DNA of 32,000 nucleotides from Ignicoccus pacificus DSM 13166 (GTDB lineage Archaea > Thermoproteota > Thermoprotei_A > Sulfolobales > Ignicoccaceae): the NCBI GenBank assembly GCA_025340205.1, contig CP006868.1, forward strand, positions 1,200,001-1,232,000. Reading direction: 5' to 3'. Within the stretch, counting starts at the first letter, position 1. Each line of letters opens with the position of its first letter. The translations under genes were made by a program, and so were the position numbers. Under the pieces are notes generated by a model, which had not been told where the DNA came from, did not search any database, and saw only the letters and a program-made list of their open reading frames with translations. Below, piece after piece: positions 31,834 through 32,000 of this stretch.

Positions 31834-32000
31834 TTGATTCGAAGATATCTCTTGATTGTGTTAACACTTAGTACGCTAACCTTTGCCGTCCCTCTTAGAT
31901 CCTTAAATATGATAGGCACCTACACATTCGAGTTCTACGGGAGGGGCTTGGTCAAAATAGTCGATATAAAAGTAAATGCCAATCTTTTCAAGTTTTTCCT
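31834..32000 (+). CDS. Putative secreted protein, N-terminal fragment (continues beyond the window)
   Basis: My own translation from TTG 31834: MIRRYLLIVLTLSTLTFAVPLRS..., which is signal-peptide-like. The frame stays open to the window end. Confidence 0.3.
   Translation, partial: MIRRYLLIVLTLSTLTFAVPLRSLNMIGTYTFEFYGRGLVKIVDIKVNANLFKFF

Noticed and set aside
1-32000. CRISPR arrays, cas genes, rRNA or tRNA genes, transposases or integrases.
   Set aside because: No regularly spaced direct repeats, no cloverleaf-compatible sequences in the intergenic regions, and no DDE or tyrosine-recombinase-like ORFs were seen. The absence is judged by eye only.

Overview
This is a densely coding archaeal chromosomal window of roughly 50% GC. 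The codon and amino-acid usage looks hyperthermophilic (AGG/AGA Arg, ATA Ile, K/E-rich proteins). Gene content points to a crenarchaeal (TACK) lineage: a CdvB/ESCRT-III paralog, a gins-mcm operon, a Sulfolobus-like RFC, glycerol-1-phosphate dehydrogenase and a PaREP1 protein. I support about 40 CDS. I found no rRNA, tRNA, CRISPR array, transposase or integrase.

Main blocks:
(a) 1-5300: housekeeping genes (glmS 3' end, TatD-like hydrolase, tyrS, aldo/keto reductase, egsA).
(b) 5390-12075: a compact replication island with orc1/cdc6, a small wHTH ORF, mcm, a GINS subunit, rfcS and rfcL.
(c) 12.6-18.3 kb: an accessory stretch with vapBC, marC, an orphan OppD-like ABC ATPase, two mini membrane proteins, a CdvB paralog, a phosphoribosyltransferase, an MNT-HepT pair and a PaREP1/HEPN-like protein.
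(d) 18340-22413: a 1357-aa surface protein gene.
(e) 22.6-32 kb: hypD, a Pol-beta-type nucleotidyltransferase, a back-to-back pair of secreted proteins, a NadX-like protein, a PP-loop ATPase (MJ0570/Dph6-like), riboflavin, pyrimidine and thiamine genes, and a low-GC spacer.

The most unusual object is the 1357-aa ORF. It reads as three complete secretory pre-proteins joined in frame. The middle one is a full pre-pro-subtilase. The junctions are two homologous 'C-terminal anchor + basic cluster + signal peptide with AxA site' elements. This suggests a membrane-threaded polyprotein processed into three anchored surface proteins.

All calls rest on reading motifs by eye. No database search was run.
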